From Acidobacteriota bacterium (GTDB lineage Bacteria > Acidobacteriota > UBA6911 > RPQK01 > JAJDTT01): DNA of 64,000 nt. Within the stretch, counting starts at the first letter, position 1. Every line of letters starts with the position of its first letter. Below are positions 27,859-37,655 of the stretch, piece after piece. The notes beneath the pieces were generated by a model. It had not been told where the DNA came from. It saw only the letters and a program-made list of their open reading frames with translations, and did not search any database. The stretch is from NCBI GenBank assembly GCA_965263035.1, contig OZ253580.1, forward strand, positions 4,896,001-4,960,000, in the 5' to 3' direction. Position numbers and translations under genes: made by a program.

Positions 27859-30387
27859 TCAGTTGGGGTAGACGAATTCATTCAGGTTGAAGACCACCCG
27901 GCAGAGCTGCACCAGGCTCTTCTCCCGGGCCACGAGCCGGTCCCGATTCCTGGCACTTGTCTCCCACAGGTGAGCCTCCGTTTCCCGATTCAGGAAGTCC
28001 ACCATCTCCCGGTGTTCCAGGGGGGTCGCTCTGCGGCAGAGCGCCAACCGATAGACCAGGTCCACCTGCGCGGCCGGGTCCGGACCCGCCTCCTCCAGGA
28101 CGCGGCGGGCCAGGTGCAGGGCCTGCCCGTTGGCGAAGTCTCCGTTGAAGAGGGTCAGAGCCTGGGGAGCAATGCTGGTCACCGGCCGCTGGGCGGAGCT
28201 CCGGGTCGTGTCGCAGAAGTCCAGGACCTCCAGCATGGGGATGAGCATGGAGCGCTTGACGAAGGCGTAGACGGTCCTGCGGCTGGCTTCCCGATCATCG
28301 GAAGTGTGCCAGATCTTGTCCGGGTCCGGGTGCCCCTCCAGTGCGGCCTCCGGAATGGGCGGCACCATGCTGGGTCCGTACATCTTCCGATTGAGCTGTC
28401 CGCTGGCCGCCAGCATCGAATCCCGTATGGCCTCCGCCTCCAGGCGCCGGTAGTGGACCCGCCAGAGGAGGCGGTTCTCCGGGTCCGCCTCCAGGTACTC
28501 GTCCACCGGCGTCTTGTCCATGCGGTAGGTGTTGCTGGTCATGATCAGGGTGTGGAGCTTCTTGAGGGACCAGCCCTCCTGGATGAAGCGGCCGGCCAGC
28601 CAGTCCAGGAGCTCGGGATGGCTGGGCCGGTCTCCCATGGCCCCGAAATCGCCGCCGGTGCGGACCAGTCCCTGGCCCAGGTGCTGTTGCCAGACCCGGT
28701 TGACCAGGACCCGTGCGGTGAGGGGGTTCTCGGAGTTGGCGATCCAGCGGGCCAGGGCCAGTCTCCTCCCGCTGCTGTCGCCGTTGGAGGAGAAGGCGGG
28801 TTGGGACGTGACCAGGGCCTCGGGCAGCACGGGAGGAGCCACCTCGCCGGGACTGGCGGCGCGGCCCCGCAGCAGCACGTGGACCACTTCCGGGGGCTTC
28901 GACTCGTGGAGAAAGTAGCCGCGGTCCAGATCGGGGGAGGAACGGCGAACCAGGTCGATCCGGGCTTCCAACGCGGCGATCCCCTCCACCAGTTCAGGTG
29001 AGAGGGCCTGGGCGGTCTCGGTGATCATTTCCGAGAAGTATTGCCCGGCCAGGCGCTTCTGCTCCTCCGTTCTCTTCTTGACCTCCTCCAGCAGGGCCGC
29101 GACGGCCTGCTCCGGAATTCCGCTCCGCCCCGATCGAAGGAACTCGATCCGGAAGTCTTCCCGCAGCTTGTCGATCCGGGCTTCCAGCTCCTGGATTCGA
29201 TGGTCCTTCTCCGCCTGCTGCGTCAGTTGGGCGTGGTCTCCCACCGGGAGGCTGTCTTCGCGGCGTCCGGTCTGGGACCGGCGCAGGCCGTTGAAGAGGG
29301 CCGCCATTCCGTAATAGTCCTTCTGGGTGAGGGGATCGAACTTGTGGTCGTGGCAGCGGGCGCAACCCATGGTGAGGCCCAGGAAGGCCTCCGAGGTGGT
29401 TCGGACCACGTCATCCAGCTGATCGAAGCGGTCCTGGTCGAAGTCGGCCGGCTCGTCGTCCCAGGGACCCAAGCGGTTGAAGCCCAGCGCGACATGAGTC
29501 TCGGCGGTGGCGTCGTCCAGCTCGTCTCCGGCCAATTGCTCCAGAATGAAGCGGTCGTAGGGCTTGTCCCGGTTCAGGGATCGGATCACGTAGTCCCGGT
29601 ACTTCCACACCTCCGGTTTGGTGGCGTCCCGCTCGTAACCGTTGGTCTCGGCGTAGCGGACCACGTCCAGCCAGTGCCGGCCCCATCGCTCTCCGTATCC
29701 CGGCCGATCCAGAAGCTCACCGACCAGGCGGTCGAACTGCTCCGGCGAACTCTGCTTCAGGAACTCCTGCTGTTCCCGGGGAGTCGGAGGCAGGCCGACG
29801 AGGTCGAGGTAGATACGCCGCAACAGGGCCTCGTTACCCGCCGGAGGAGACGGCTTCCAGCCCCGCGCCTCCAGCTTGGCCAGGACGAAGGAGTCGATGG
29901 GGTTTCGGACCCAGCCGGCGTTCTTCACCGCTGGGACCGCGGGTGAAGCCAGCGGTTGAAACGACCAGTGATCCTTGCCGTCCGCCGCCGGCCTCGAGTC
30001 GGCCGACTCGGTGTAGTCGGCGCCGGCGTCGATCCAGGTCCGGAGCAGCCCGATCTCCTCGGAAGTGAGCCGATCACCGGTCTTGGGCATGATCCGGTCG
30101 GGGTCCAGACCGGCCACGGTCCGGATCAGGAGACTCTGGGCGCTGTCGCCGGGGATCACCGAGGGAAGGCCCGAGTCTCCCCCCTTGAGGGCGTGGCTGC
30201 GCTCGTCCAGCCGCAGTCCGCTCAACTGGACGTTGGCGCCGTGACAGGCGAAGCAGCGGTCCCGGAGGATCGGTTCGACTTGCCGGGAAAAGTCCACGTC
30301 GGTGGTCGCCGGTGGAGGGAGATCCCGATTCCCGGCGACGGCCGGGGCGACCGACAGGAGCAGCAACAACCCGAGCGGATTAAACAT
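27859..30387 (-). CDS. Planctomycete cytochrome C + DUF1549 + DUF1553 (PSD1) protein
   Basis: Signal peptide; CFACH, YGERWGRHWLDVVRY, CARCHDHKFDP and SHPELLDWLA motifs. Confidence 0.88.
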   Translation of the reverse strand: MFNPLGLLLLLSVAPAVAGNRDLPPPATTDVDFSRQVEPILRDRCFACHGANVQLSGLRLDERSHALKGGDSGLPSVIPGDSAQSLLIRTVAGLDPDRIMPKTGDRLTSEEIGLLRTWIDAGADYTESADSRPAADGKDHWSFQPLASPAVPAVKNAGWVRNPIDSFVLAKLEARGWKPSPPAGNEALLRRIYLDLVGLPPTPREQQEFLKQSSPEQFDRLVGELLDRPGYGERWGRHWLDVVRYAETNGYERDATKPEVWKYRDYVIRSLNRDKPYDRFILEQLAGDELDDATAETHVALGFNRLGPWDDEPADFDQDRFDQLDDVVRTTSEAFLGLTMGCARCHDHKFDPLTQKDYYGMAALFNGLRRSQTGRREDSLPVGDHAQLTQQAEKDHRIQELEARIDKLREDFRIEFLRSGRSGIPEQAVAALLEEVKKRTEEQKRLAGQYFSEMITETAQALSPELVEGIAALEARIDLVRRSSPDLDRGYFLHESKPPEVVHVLLRGRAASPGEVAPPVLPEALVTSQPAFSSNGDSSGRRLALARWIANSENPLTARVLVNRVWQQHLGQGLVRTGGDFGAMGDRPSHPELLDWLAGRFIQEGWSLKKLHTLIMTSNTYRMDKTPVDEYLEADPENRLLWRVHYRRLEAEAIRDSMLAASGQLNRKMYGPSMVPPIPEAALEGHPDPDKIWHTSDDREASRRTVYAFVKRSMLIPMLEVLDFCDTTRSSAQRPVTSIAPQALTLFNGDFANGQALHLARRVLEEAGPDPAAQVDLVYRLALCRRATPLEHREMVDFLNRETEAHLWETSARNRDRLVAREKSLVQLCRVVFNLNEFVYPN

Positions 30388-30603
30388 TCAGGTGCTCTGG
30401 GATGAGACGGACCAGTAAATTGACGATGCCGCAGGTATTCTAGCAGTGCCCGGTGAAGGTCGCCAAGACGTGCGACCCATGCCGAAGCTCTACGGACCCT
30501 GTCAACGCAGGGCCGAAACGGCTGGTGGAGTCTGCCGCTGGCAGGATTCGGGACGAAAGATCGTAGTAGACTGGAAAGGCAAGAGGCTCGATTCTCTGTG
30601 GCT

Positions 30604-32370
30604 ATGAAGCACTTGGATCCCACGAAGCTGAAAGGCTGGCAGGTGGCCGAGGCGGCAGAGAGGTCGGCCCAGCCAATCGACCGATTGGGTTCGGAACTGG
30701 GCCTTCGGGCGGCGGAGTTGATTCCCGCCGGCCGTGGACTCGCGAAGGTGGATCACCGGGCAGTCATGGGACGGCTCGGAGGCTCCACCCGCGGGCGGTA
30801 CATTGACGTGACCGCCATCACACCCACCCCTTTGGGAGAAGGAAAGACCACCACCACCATCGGACTGGTGCAGGGCCTGGCCCGGATCGGCTGCCGAGTG
30901 GCGGGCGCCATCCGCCAGCCCAGCGGCGGACCCACCTTCAACCTCAAGGGGTCCGGCGCCGGCGGCGGCCTTTCCCAGTGCATTCCCCTGGCCCCTCTGT
31001 CGGTCCGGCTCACCGGAGACCTGGATTCCATCACCAATGCCCACAATCTGGCCATGGTGGCCCTCACGGCCAGGATGCAGCACGAGCGCAACTACGACGA
31101 CCGCAAGCTGGAGTCGCTGGGCCTGAGTCGTCTCGACCTCGATCCCGACCGGGTGGAGATGAAGTGGGCCATCGATTTCTGTGCCCAGTCCCTGCGCCGG
31201 ATCAACATCGGGAACGGCGGCAAGATGGACGGCTATCCCATGGAGTCGGGCTTCCAGATCACCGCCTCCAGCGAGCTCATGGCGATTCTGGCCGTTTCCC
31301 GGAACCTGTCGGATCTGCGGGACCGGATCGGCAAGATCGTCGTGGCCTGGGACCGCCGGGGAAGGGAAGTCACCACCGCCGACCTGGAGGTGGACGGGGC
31401 CATGACGGCCTGGATGACCGACGCGGTCCATCCCAACCTGCTCCAGACCATCGAAGGGCAGCCCATGCTGGTTCACGCGGGTCCCTTCGCCAACATCGCC
31501 CTGGGTCAGAGCTCCGTCATCGCCGACCGGATGGGAACCCTCCTGACCGACTATCTGGTCACCGAAAGCGGGTTCGGATCCGACATCGGTTACGAGAAGT
31601 TCTGGAACCTCAAATGCCGGTACTCCGGACTCCGGCCCGACGCGGTGGTGCTGGTGGCCACGATCCGCGCCCTCAAGAGCCACGGGGGCGGGCCTCGGGT
31701 GCGTCCCGGCCAGCCTCTGGATCCGGCCTACATCGAGGAGAACCTGGAGCTGGTGGAAAGAGGTTGCTCCAATCTGCTGGCCCACATCGACATCGTCCGG
31801 AAGAGCGGCATACAACCGGTGGTCTGCGTCAATCGGTTCGTGACCGATTCCGACGAGGAGATCGCCGTGGTGAAGCGGATCGCCGGTGCGGCCGGGGCTC
31901 CCTTCGCCATGTCGGACCACTGGCTCAAGGGAGGCGAGGGGGCCGTGGAATTGGCCGAGGCGGTGGTGGCGGCCTGCGAGCGGAAGCAGGATTTCCGGTT
32001 CCTCTACGACCTGGAGAGCAGCTTGAGGGAACGGATCGAGTGCATCGCCACCCAGGTCTACGGGGCCGCGAGCGTGAGCTACTCGCCGGAGGCCCGGCGC
32101 AAGCTGGAGGGACTGGACAGCGATCCCCGAAACCGGTCGCTGGGACTCTGCATGGCCAAGACCAATTTGAGCCTCTCCCACGATCCGCAGTTGAAGGGCC
32201 GGCCCCGGGGGTGGGACCTTCCGATTCGGGACATCCTGCTCTACCGGGGCGCCGGACTGGTGGTTCCGGTGGCGGGCGGAATCCTTCTCTTGCCCGGAAC
32301 CGGGTCCCGGCCCGCCTACCGGGGGATCGACGTGGATACCGCAACGGGCCGGATCCAGGGACTGTTCTGA
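30604..32370 (+). CDS. fhs: Formate--tetrahydrofolate ligase
   Basis: VTAITPTPLGEGKTT, RQPSGGP, HAGPFANIA, VTESGFG, WLKGGEGA and CMAKT motifs. Confidence 0.95.
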   Translation: MKHLDPTKLKGWQVAEAAERSAQPIDRLGSELGLRAAELIPAGRGLAKVDHRAVMGRLGGSTRGRYIDVTAITPTPLGEGKTTTTIGLVQGLARIGCRVAGAIRQPSGGPTFNLKGSGAGGGLSQCIPLAPLSVRLTGDLDSITNAHNLAMVALTARMQHERNYDDRKLESLGLSRLDLDPDRVEMKWAIDFCAQSLRRINIGNGGKMDGYPMESGFQITASSELMAILAVSRNLSDLRDRIGKIVVAWDRRGREVTTADLEVDGAMTAWMTDAVHPNLLQTIEGQPMLVHAGPFANIALGQSSVIADRMGTLLTDYLVTESGFGSDIGYEKFWNLKCRYSGLRPDAVVLVATIRALKSHGGGPRVRPGQPLDPAYIEENLELVERGCSNLLAHIDIVRKSGIQPVVCVNRFVTDSDEEIAVVKRIAGAAGAPFAMSDHWLKGGEGAVELAEAVVAACERKQDFRFLYDLESSLRERIECIATQVYGAASVSYSPEARRKLEGLDSDPRNRSLGLCMAKTNLSLSHDPQLKGRPRGWDLPIRDILLYRGAGLVVPVAGGILLLPGTGSRPAYRGIDVDTATGRIQGLF

Positions 32371-32375
32371 CCGGC

Positions 32376-33176
32376 ATGCCTGGGTCCGACCGGTTCAGTC
32401 TCCACGGCAAGGTCGCGGTCGTCACGGGTGCCGGATCGGGTCTCGGAAGAGACTTGGCGCTGGCGCTGGCCGAGGCCGGCGCCGACGTGGTCATCGGGGA
32501 TCTGGACGGGACTCTGGCCGAAGCCGCCGCCCAGCGAATACGCCGGCGGGGACGAGGCGGGTTGGGAGTGGAGGCGGACGTCTCCCGTCCCGGCCACGTC
32601 GACCGCATGATGGCGGCGGCCGAGGACCGTTTCGGGCGCCTCGACGTTCTGGTGAACAACGCCGGAATCTCCATCGCCGTCACTACCCTGGACGCCCCGT
32701 TGGAGGTCTGGCAGAGGGTCTTTGCCGTCAACTCCACGGGCACTTTTCTCTGTTCCCAGAGGGCCGGCCGGATCATGGTGCCTCAGGGTGGCGGCTGCAT
32801 CATCAACATCGCCTCGGTCTACGGGCACGTGGGCGTGGACCCCTCCGTGTCCCATCCTCCCGGGAACCCGACCCGAGAGGATCTGGCTTATTCCGCCAGC
32901 AAGGGAGCGGTGATCAGCATGACCCGGGCGTTGGCCACCTATTGGGCGGACTACAAGATCCGGGTCAACGCCATCAGTCCCGGGATGATCCGGACCGAGC
33001 GGCTGAAGACGGCCGTCCCCGGGGACACCTGGGCTCGACTGATTCAGCGCACCCCTTTGAAACGGCCGGGGACGGGGGAAGATTTGAAAGGGGCCGTCAT
33101 CTACCTGGCTTCGGACGCGGCTTCGTTCGTCACCGGACAGGTCCTGTGCGTGGACGGTGGCTGGCTGGCCTGGTAA
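32376..33176 (+). CDS. SDR family oxidoreductase
   Basis: TGAGSGLG, NNAG, YSASK, VNAISPG and VDGG motifs. Confidence 0.92.
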   Translation: MPGSDRFSLHGKVAVVTGAGSGLGRDLALALAEAGADVVIGDLDGTLAEAAAQRIRRRGRGGLGVEADVSRPGHVDRMMAAAEDRFGRLDVLVNNAGISIAVTTLDAPLEVWQRVFAVNSTGTFLCSQRAGRIMVPQGGGCIINIASVYGHVGVDPSVSHPPGNPTREDLAYSASKGAVISMTRALATYWADYKIRVNAISPGMIRTERLKTAVPGDTWARLIQRTPLKRPGTGEDLKGAVIYLASDAASFVTGQVLCVDGGWLAW

Positions 33177-33254
33177 CGGTTCTTGTCACGAAGTCTCCGA
33201 AAAGGTAAATGAGCTGTTGACGGACGAAACAACTACGGACGGGAGGTCGAAAGA

Positions 33255-33635
33255 ATGAACAAAGACAGGTCCAAGGCATGCAAACCGGTTCGTTTCGTGG
33301 ATCTGGCGGACATCGCCGCGAATCAGGAAACCCTGGAGCACAAGTCCTTCAACGACGCCTTCGGGCTCCCCGGCCAGCTGCGGATGTCGGTGGGCCGGCT
33401 GGCGCCGGGTGGAAGCGTGGAGCATCATCGTCACTTCACCATGGAGGAGGTCTACTACCTGATGAAGGGCCGCGCCATGGTGAGAGTCGATGACGACGAA
33501 TACGAGGTGGAGGAGAACACGGCCATCTACTTTCCTCCGGAGCCCATGAGGTCCGTCTACAATCACACCGACGAGGACTGCTGGTGGCTCTTCGTCGGGG
33601 CGCCTCCCGACGTGAAACCGCAGGACCGGAGATAA
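33255..33635 (+). CDS. Cupin-domain protein
   Basis: HHRH...EEVYYLMKG...YFPP cupin pattern (the second-motif His appears to be replaced). Confidence 0.8.
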   Translation: MNKDRSKACKPVRFVDLADIAANQETLEHKSFNDAFGLPGQLRMSVGRLAPGGSVEHHRHFTMEEVYYLMKGRAMVRVDDDEYEVEENTAIYFPPEPMRSVYNHTDEDCWWLFVGAPPDVKPQDRR

Positions 33636-33683
33636 CGACGCTCCGGCCAGGTGGCCGCGGTCCGATTCCAACGTGGAGGAGTC

Positions 33684-35300
33684 ATGAATTTGAAGCAACG
33701 GGCCTGTCTCTTTCTCTCCGTCTCACTGATCCTTGGTCTGGGTGCTGCGTGCTCCGGAGGCGGACCGGGTGGGACCGAGGCCGACGGATTCCGCTTCGAG
33801 ACGGTTCCGGGAGTGGTTCGGGGAGAGGCCCCGCTGCTGGCCATCGACGATCATCTGTTGCCGCTGCGGCGGAACGTCTCCCTCTACTATTCCAAGCCGG
33901 AAGCGAGGCTGGAGCCGGTCTTGACCCCCAGCCGTGACGATCCGGGCAAACCGGATTACATCGCGACCCATTTCTACGGGACGGTCCTCTTCGACCAGGG
34001 AAAGTACCGCATGTGGTACTACGCCCTGGGTACGGGAGAGACCGAGAGCGGGTTCACGGTGGGGCCGGTCTGCTACGCGGAGAGCGACGACGGGATCCAA
34101 TGGGTCAAGCCGAACCTGGGACAGGTGGAATACAAGGGGAGCCGCGACAACAACGCCCTGGATCTGCCGGGGGAGCGGATGTACGGCGGTCACGTCCTCA
34201 AGGACGAGGAGGAGGCGGACCCCGAGCGCCGCTACAAGATGATCTACAACCTCCACAATGGAAAGACCTGGGTCTTCCGGTCGGCCACGAGCCCCGACGG
34301 CATCCACTGGAAGGTCAAGGATCGGGACGCCGTGGACAAGTTCATCGAGATCGCAGGAGTCTACAAGCACAATGGTTTCTACGCGGTCCACGGTCAGGCC
34401 AGCGGACACAGCGAAGGAGGCCACCCCCACGGGCGCCAGGGCTACGCGGCCGTCTCGACCAACTTCGAGGACTGGGTGTCGGGATTTGCCCCCGCATTCC
34501 TGATCCGGGAACCGGAGGATCCCGCCATGCGGGGCGGCCGCAAGCCGTATGATCAGGTGCATCTGGGCATCGGCGCCCGCAGCTATGGCTCAGTGCTGGT
34601 GGGCCTGTTCGGGCTCTGGCACAACTTCCCCGGGGACACGACCCGGAACGTCCCGGCGGCCTGGTTCGGGCACGGGAAGATTTCGGCCGATTTCGGCCTG
34701 GTGGTCAGCAACGACGGGATCCACTTCCGCGAGCCGGTGAAGGGGCACGTCTACCTGCATCGCGACGATTCGCCGGTGACCAACGAGCCGGGAAAGACCT
34801 ACCCCACCATTCTCTGCCAGTCGGGCAACGGGATCCTCAACGTGGGAGATAAGACCCTCATCTACCACGGGCGCTGGCGCAACGCCGAGTATGGGGAGGA
34901 GTACTACGCCGAGGTGGCCCTGGCCACGCTGCCCCGGGATCGCTGGGGCGCCCTGGGGCTCTATCCCGAAGGTTCGACGCGGCTGGACGAGCCCCGGGGT
35001 TGGGTCTGGTCGGCTCCGGTGACCCTGCCCAAGGGCGGTTTCCACGTGGTGCTCAATGCCGATCAAGCTCGGCTCATGAAGGTCGAGATCTCGGACGCCG
35101 CTTTCAACCTGCTGCCCGAATATTCAGGGCCGGCGAGCGGCGTTCCCCAGGGAGAGGGAGGGCTCGACGTGCCCGTCCAGTGGTTCGGCGGCGATCTGGC
35201 CGCCCTGGCTGGACAGACCGTGCGCCTGCGGATCCACATGGAGCGGGAGGCGGACGCCGATCCCAGACTCTATGCCGTCTATCTGAGGGAAAACGACTGA
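33684..35300 (+). CDS. Lipoprotein, beta-propeller glycosidase-like (GH32/GH130-like fold), uncharacterised
   Basis: GAACS lipobox; YRMWY...CYAESDDGIQWVKP and repeated SxDGIHW/F. Confidence 0.6.
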   Translation: MNLKQRACLFLSVSLILGLGAACSGGGPGGTEADGFRFETVPGVVRGEAPLLAIDDHLLPLRRNVSLYYSKPEARLEPVLTPSRDDPGKPDYIATHFYGTVLFDQGKYRMWYYALGTGETESGFTVGPVCYAESDDGIQWVKPNLGQVEYKGSRDNNALDLPGERMYGGHVLKDEEEADPERRYKMIYNLHNGKTWVFRSATSPDGIHWKVKDRDAVDKFIEIAGVYKHNGFYAVHGQASGHSEGGHPHGRQGYAAVSTNFEDWVSGFAPAFLIREPEDPAMRGGRKPYDQVHLGIGARSYGSVLVGLFGLWHNFPGDTTRNVPAAWFGHGKISADFGLVVSNDGIHFREPVKGHVYLHRDDSPVTNEPGKTYPTILCQSGNGILNVGDKTLIYHGRWRNAEYGEEYYAEVALATLPRDRWGALGLYPEGSTRLDEPRGWVWSAPVTLPKGGFHVVLNADQARLMKVEISDAAFNLLPEYSGPASGVPQGEGGLDVPVQWFGGDLAALAGQTVRLRIHMEREADADPRLYAVYLREND

Positions 35301-35318
35301 GCTGCAGCGGCTTCCGCT

Positions 35319-35499
35319 GGATCAGAACGAATACTTGAGAGCCACCTGGACCTGGCGGGCAGGGGACGCTTCGCCCAGCGCCCCGAAGTCGGCCGTGCCG
35401 AACTGGTTGACCCTGGCCTTGCGCCGGAGGACGAAGTTGGTGCGGTTGGCGGCGTTGAACATCTGCAGCCGAAATTCCAGACTCTGGCCTTCGTTCAGG
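35319..35499 (-). repeat. Displaced copy of the TonB-dependent receptor 3' end
   Basis: 35319-35468 matches 37653-37802 at 149/150; the next ~30 nt differ mainly at synonymous or conservative positions (NEGQSLEFRL vs TEGQNLELRL). Confidence 0.95.
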
Positions 35500-35621
35500 G
35501 GCGTGGTTTCTCTGAGTGCAGTCTGCTCCATTGCCTTATCCGCATCTTTGAAACGGAGCCTATGGTGCGCTACCGAACGGAGACAGTCTGCACAGTCTAG
35601 CAACCGGAAAGAGAGTGCCAA

Positions 35622-35790
35622 GCTAGGAGCCTGCGCCGCAGAAATTGATCTACTGCGAAAGCGGTAGAATCAGTCCATATTTCCCCGATTTCTCGGCGAA
35701 TAGAACAACTATGCACCTCAAAATCGAGAAAATCTGGCCTCGATTCCCCACTTTCTCGCTACGATCATTTCTACCGCGCAGACTCCTAGC
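35622..35790. mobile_element. 169-bp fold-back (MITE/REPIN-like) element with CTAG ends
   Basis: GCTAGGAGCCTGCGCCGCAGAAAT ... ATTTCTACCGCGCAGACTCCTAGC terminal inverted repeats; imperfect pairing continues to a central ATAG-AACAA-CTAT. Confidence 0.7.
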
Positions 35791-35801
35791 GCGGCGTAAT
35801 T

Positions 35802-36407
35802 TCAAGTGCTCGGAATGGCATTCGGGTTCCGGTGAGCGACCTGCGCCACGATCGTGTCGAAGAAATCGGTGAAGGGCTGAGAAGTCGAGACAATCGAAGC
35901 CGATGAGCCAAAGTTGACCTTTACCAGTACAAAGTCTTCGATCATTCCAGTTGCCCAAGCCGGTGGCCTTCTGCCGGACAGTGAAGTCAATCGACGCTCT
36001 GCGACCTCGGCCCAGGTCGATCCGTACTTCGGCGACACGACGTCCTGTTCGACGTTGAAGATCATGACGTAGCCAATGGCGATTTCGGGGGAGTGCAACT
36101 GAGCGTTTGCTGCCTCGCCGATCATGTCGTCGATCCTGTTGGGGACGGTTCCCGCCAAGTTTCTCAAAATGGACTTCAGCGAGATCCCGAGCCGGTATTT
36201 CCCGTGGTAACGCCACGCGACGTCCCACTGCTTGCTTCTTCCCGCTCCTGGAATCGAAGACTCCGTTTCGACGCCTCTCAGTCCTCGTCGCTCCAGTTCT
36301 TGGACACAGTAGTCCGCCAGTCTTGCCAATCGAAGGGTCGACGTGGCTTTGCCCTCGAGAACCGCAATCCGATAGAGGCGGGTTATTGCGTCTTGGAGTG
36401 AAGTCAC
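35802..36407 (-). CDS. Type II restriction endonuclease, PaeR7I/XhoI-like PD-(D/E)xK
   Basis: KQWDVA...ISLKS...NRIDDMIGEA pattern; 9 nt downstream of the MTase. Confidence 0.7.
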   Translation of the reverse strand: MTSLQDAITRLYRIAVLEGKATSTLRLARLADYCVQELERRGLRGVETESSIPGAGRSKQWDVAWRYHGKYRLGISLKSILRNLAGTVPNRIDDMIGEAANAQLHSPEIAIGYVMIFNVEQDVVSPKYGSTWAEVAERRLTSLSGRRPPAWATGMIEDFVLVKVNFGSSASIVSTSQPFTDFFDTIVAQVAHRNPNAIPST

Positions 36408-36416
36408 GGATCCGCT

Positions 36417-37478
36417 TCAGACAGCAACGAGAGACGCTGACGATTTCCCGGTGTTGACGGCTGGGGTTCGCTGCCGTCCGGCAATCCGGCCAGGGCTTAT
36501 GGTCACGTCCTTCCACAGGCGGTTGGTCTCGTTGCGTAGGCGCTTGAGCGCGATCTCGAAATATGCCGGATCGACCTCGATGCCGACGCTGTTTCTTCCG
36601 CAAGCAATGGCGGCAACCTGAGTCGAGGCGGTTCCCATAAAGGGGTCCAACACGGTATCGCCCACAAAGCTGTACATTCGGATGAGCCGTTCGGCCAATT
36701 CCACCGGAAATGGAGCAGGGTGCGTGCGCGTCGAGGCGCCCCTGATATCGGTCCAAACTTGGCGAAAGAGCTTCTGGAAGTCTTCGCGCGAGAGCAGGCT
36801 CAAAGTCCTGGCCGCTACGGAAGGGCTCCGATAACCTCCGGGTTTTCTCTGCATAAGGATGAACTCAATGTCGTTTTTTATTATAGCGTTGGGCTCATAA
36901 GGTTTTCCGAGGAAACCTCCCCCGCCACGGTCGACTTCGTAAGTGGCGTTGGAAATCTTGTTCCAGATGATCGGCGCGAGATTGTCGAATCCCAGATCGC
37001 GACAACGCTCCTGTATGGAGGCGTGCAGCGGGACCACCGTATGTCGGCCCGAATTCCTGCGTCTCGAAAGACAGACATCCCCCACCACGCAGACGAGTCG
37101 CCCCCCGGGAACCAAGGCGGGGTAACACATGCGCCAGACCCGGTCGAGTTGGTCCAGGAACTCTGCGTAGTCCTCGATCCAGCCCAGCTGGCCGTCGGAC
37201 CGGCGATACTCCTTGAGGGTCCAGTAAGGTGGGGAGGTCAGAACCAAGTGGACCGACCCGGCGGGAAAGCTGGCATCCCTAGCGTCACCCAGAAACACCT
37301 TGTGCTCCGTGGGGACCCTGCTCATGGCGGACTCTATCTTCGCCATGGCGGATGGATTTTTCGCGAGGCGCGGCAACTCGCGCGCGGGGTCCTTAAGATT
37401 CCGGAGATCTTCCGGTACTAGCGCTTCAAGCATTCCGTCTGACTTGGTGTGATTGCCGTTCTTCATCCCGTGACGCAA
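36417..37478 (-). CDS. Beta-class N4-C/N6-A DNA methyltransferase
   Basis: Motif IV TSPPY precedes motif I VLDPFMGTAST; HPAPFPVEL. Confidence 0.92.
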   Translation of the reverse strand: MRHGMKNGNHTKSDGMLEALVPEDLRNLKDPARELPRLAKNPSAMAKIESAMSRVPTEHKVFLGDARDASFPAGSVHLVLTSPPYWTLKEYRRSDGQLGWIEDYAEFLDQLDRVWRMCYPALVPGGRLVCVVGDVCLSRRRNSGRHTVVPLHASIQERCRDLGFDNLAPIIWNKISNATYEVDRGGGGFLGKPYEPNAIIKNDIEFILMQRKPGGYRSPSVAARTLSLLSREDFQKLFRQVWTDIRGASTRTHPAPFPVELAERLIRMYSFVGDTVLDPFMGTASTQVAAIACGRNSVGIEVDPAYFEIALKRLRNETNRLWKDVTISPGRIAGRQRTPAVNTGKSSASLVAV

Positions 37479-37655
37479 GTGCCATAAGGCAGGTTCACCG
37501 CTTCAGGAACACCCGGGACGGATTTACCTGCTGCGTGTGACCGTCGTCGGAAGTGGCCTCAGTATGTCCAACGATCAAGCAGCATCAATATACGCGGTCA
37601 TGATGACATGCTGGCCGATTTTCGTCGTGCTGCCGATCGTCGCAGGTCCGTCGGA

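Noticed and set aside
30388-30603. Possible THF/ZTP riboswitch upstream of fhs
   Set aside because: Only small hairpins; the conserved riboswitch words were not found.
30978-32375. 732-aa ORF suggesting an fhs-overlapping SDR fusion
   Set aside because: Off-frame overlap with fhs; the SDR starts at ATG 32376.
35322-35621. 99-aa ORF ending in the TBDR C-terminal beta-signal
   Set aside because: Best explained as the displaced repeat read in frame with unrelated sequence; no signal peptide or clear RBS.
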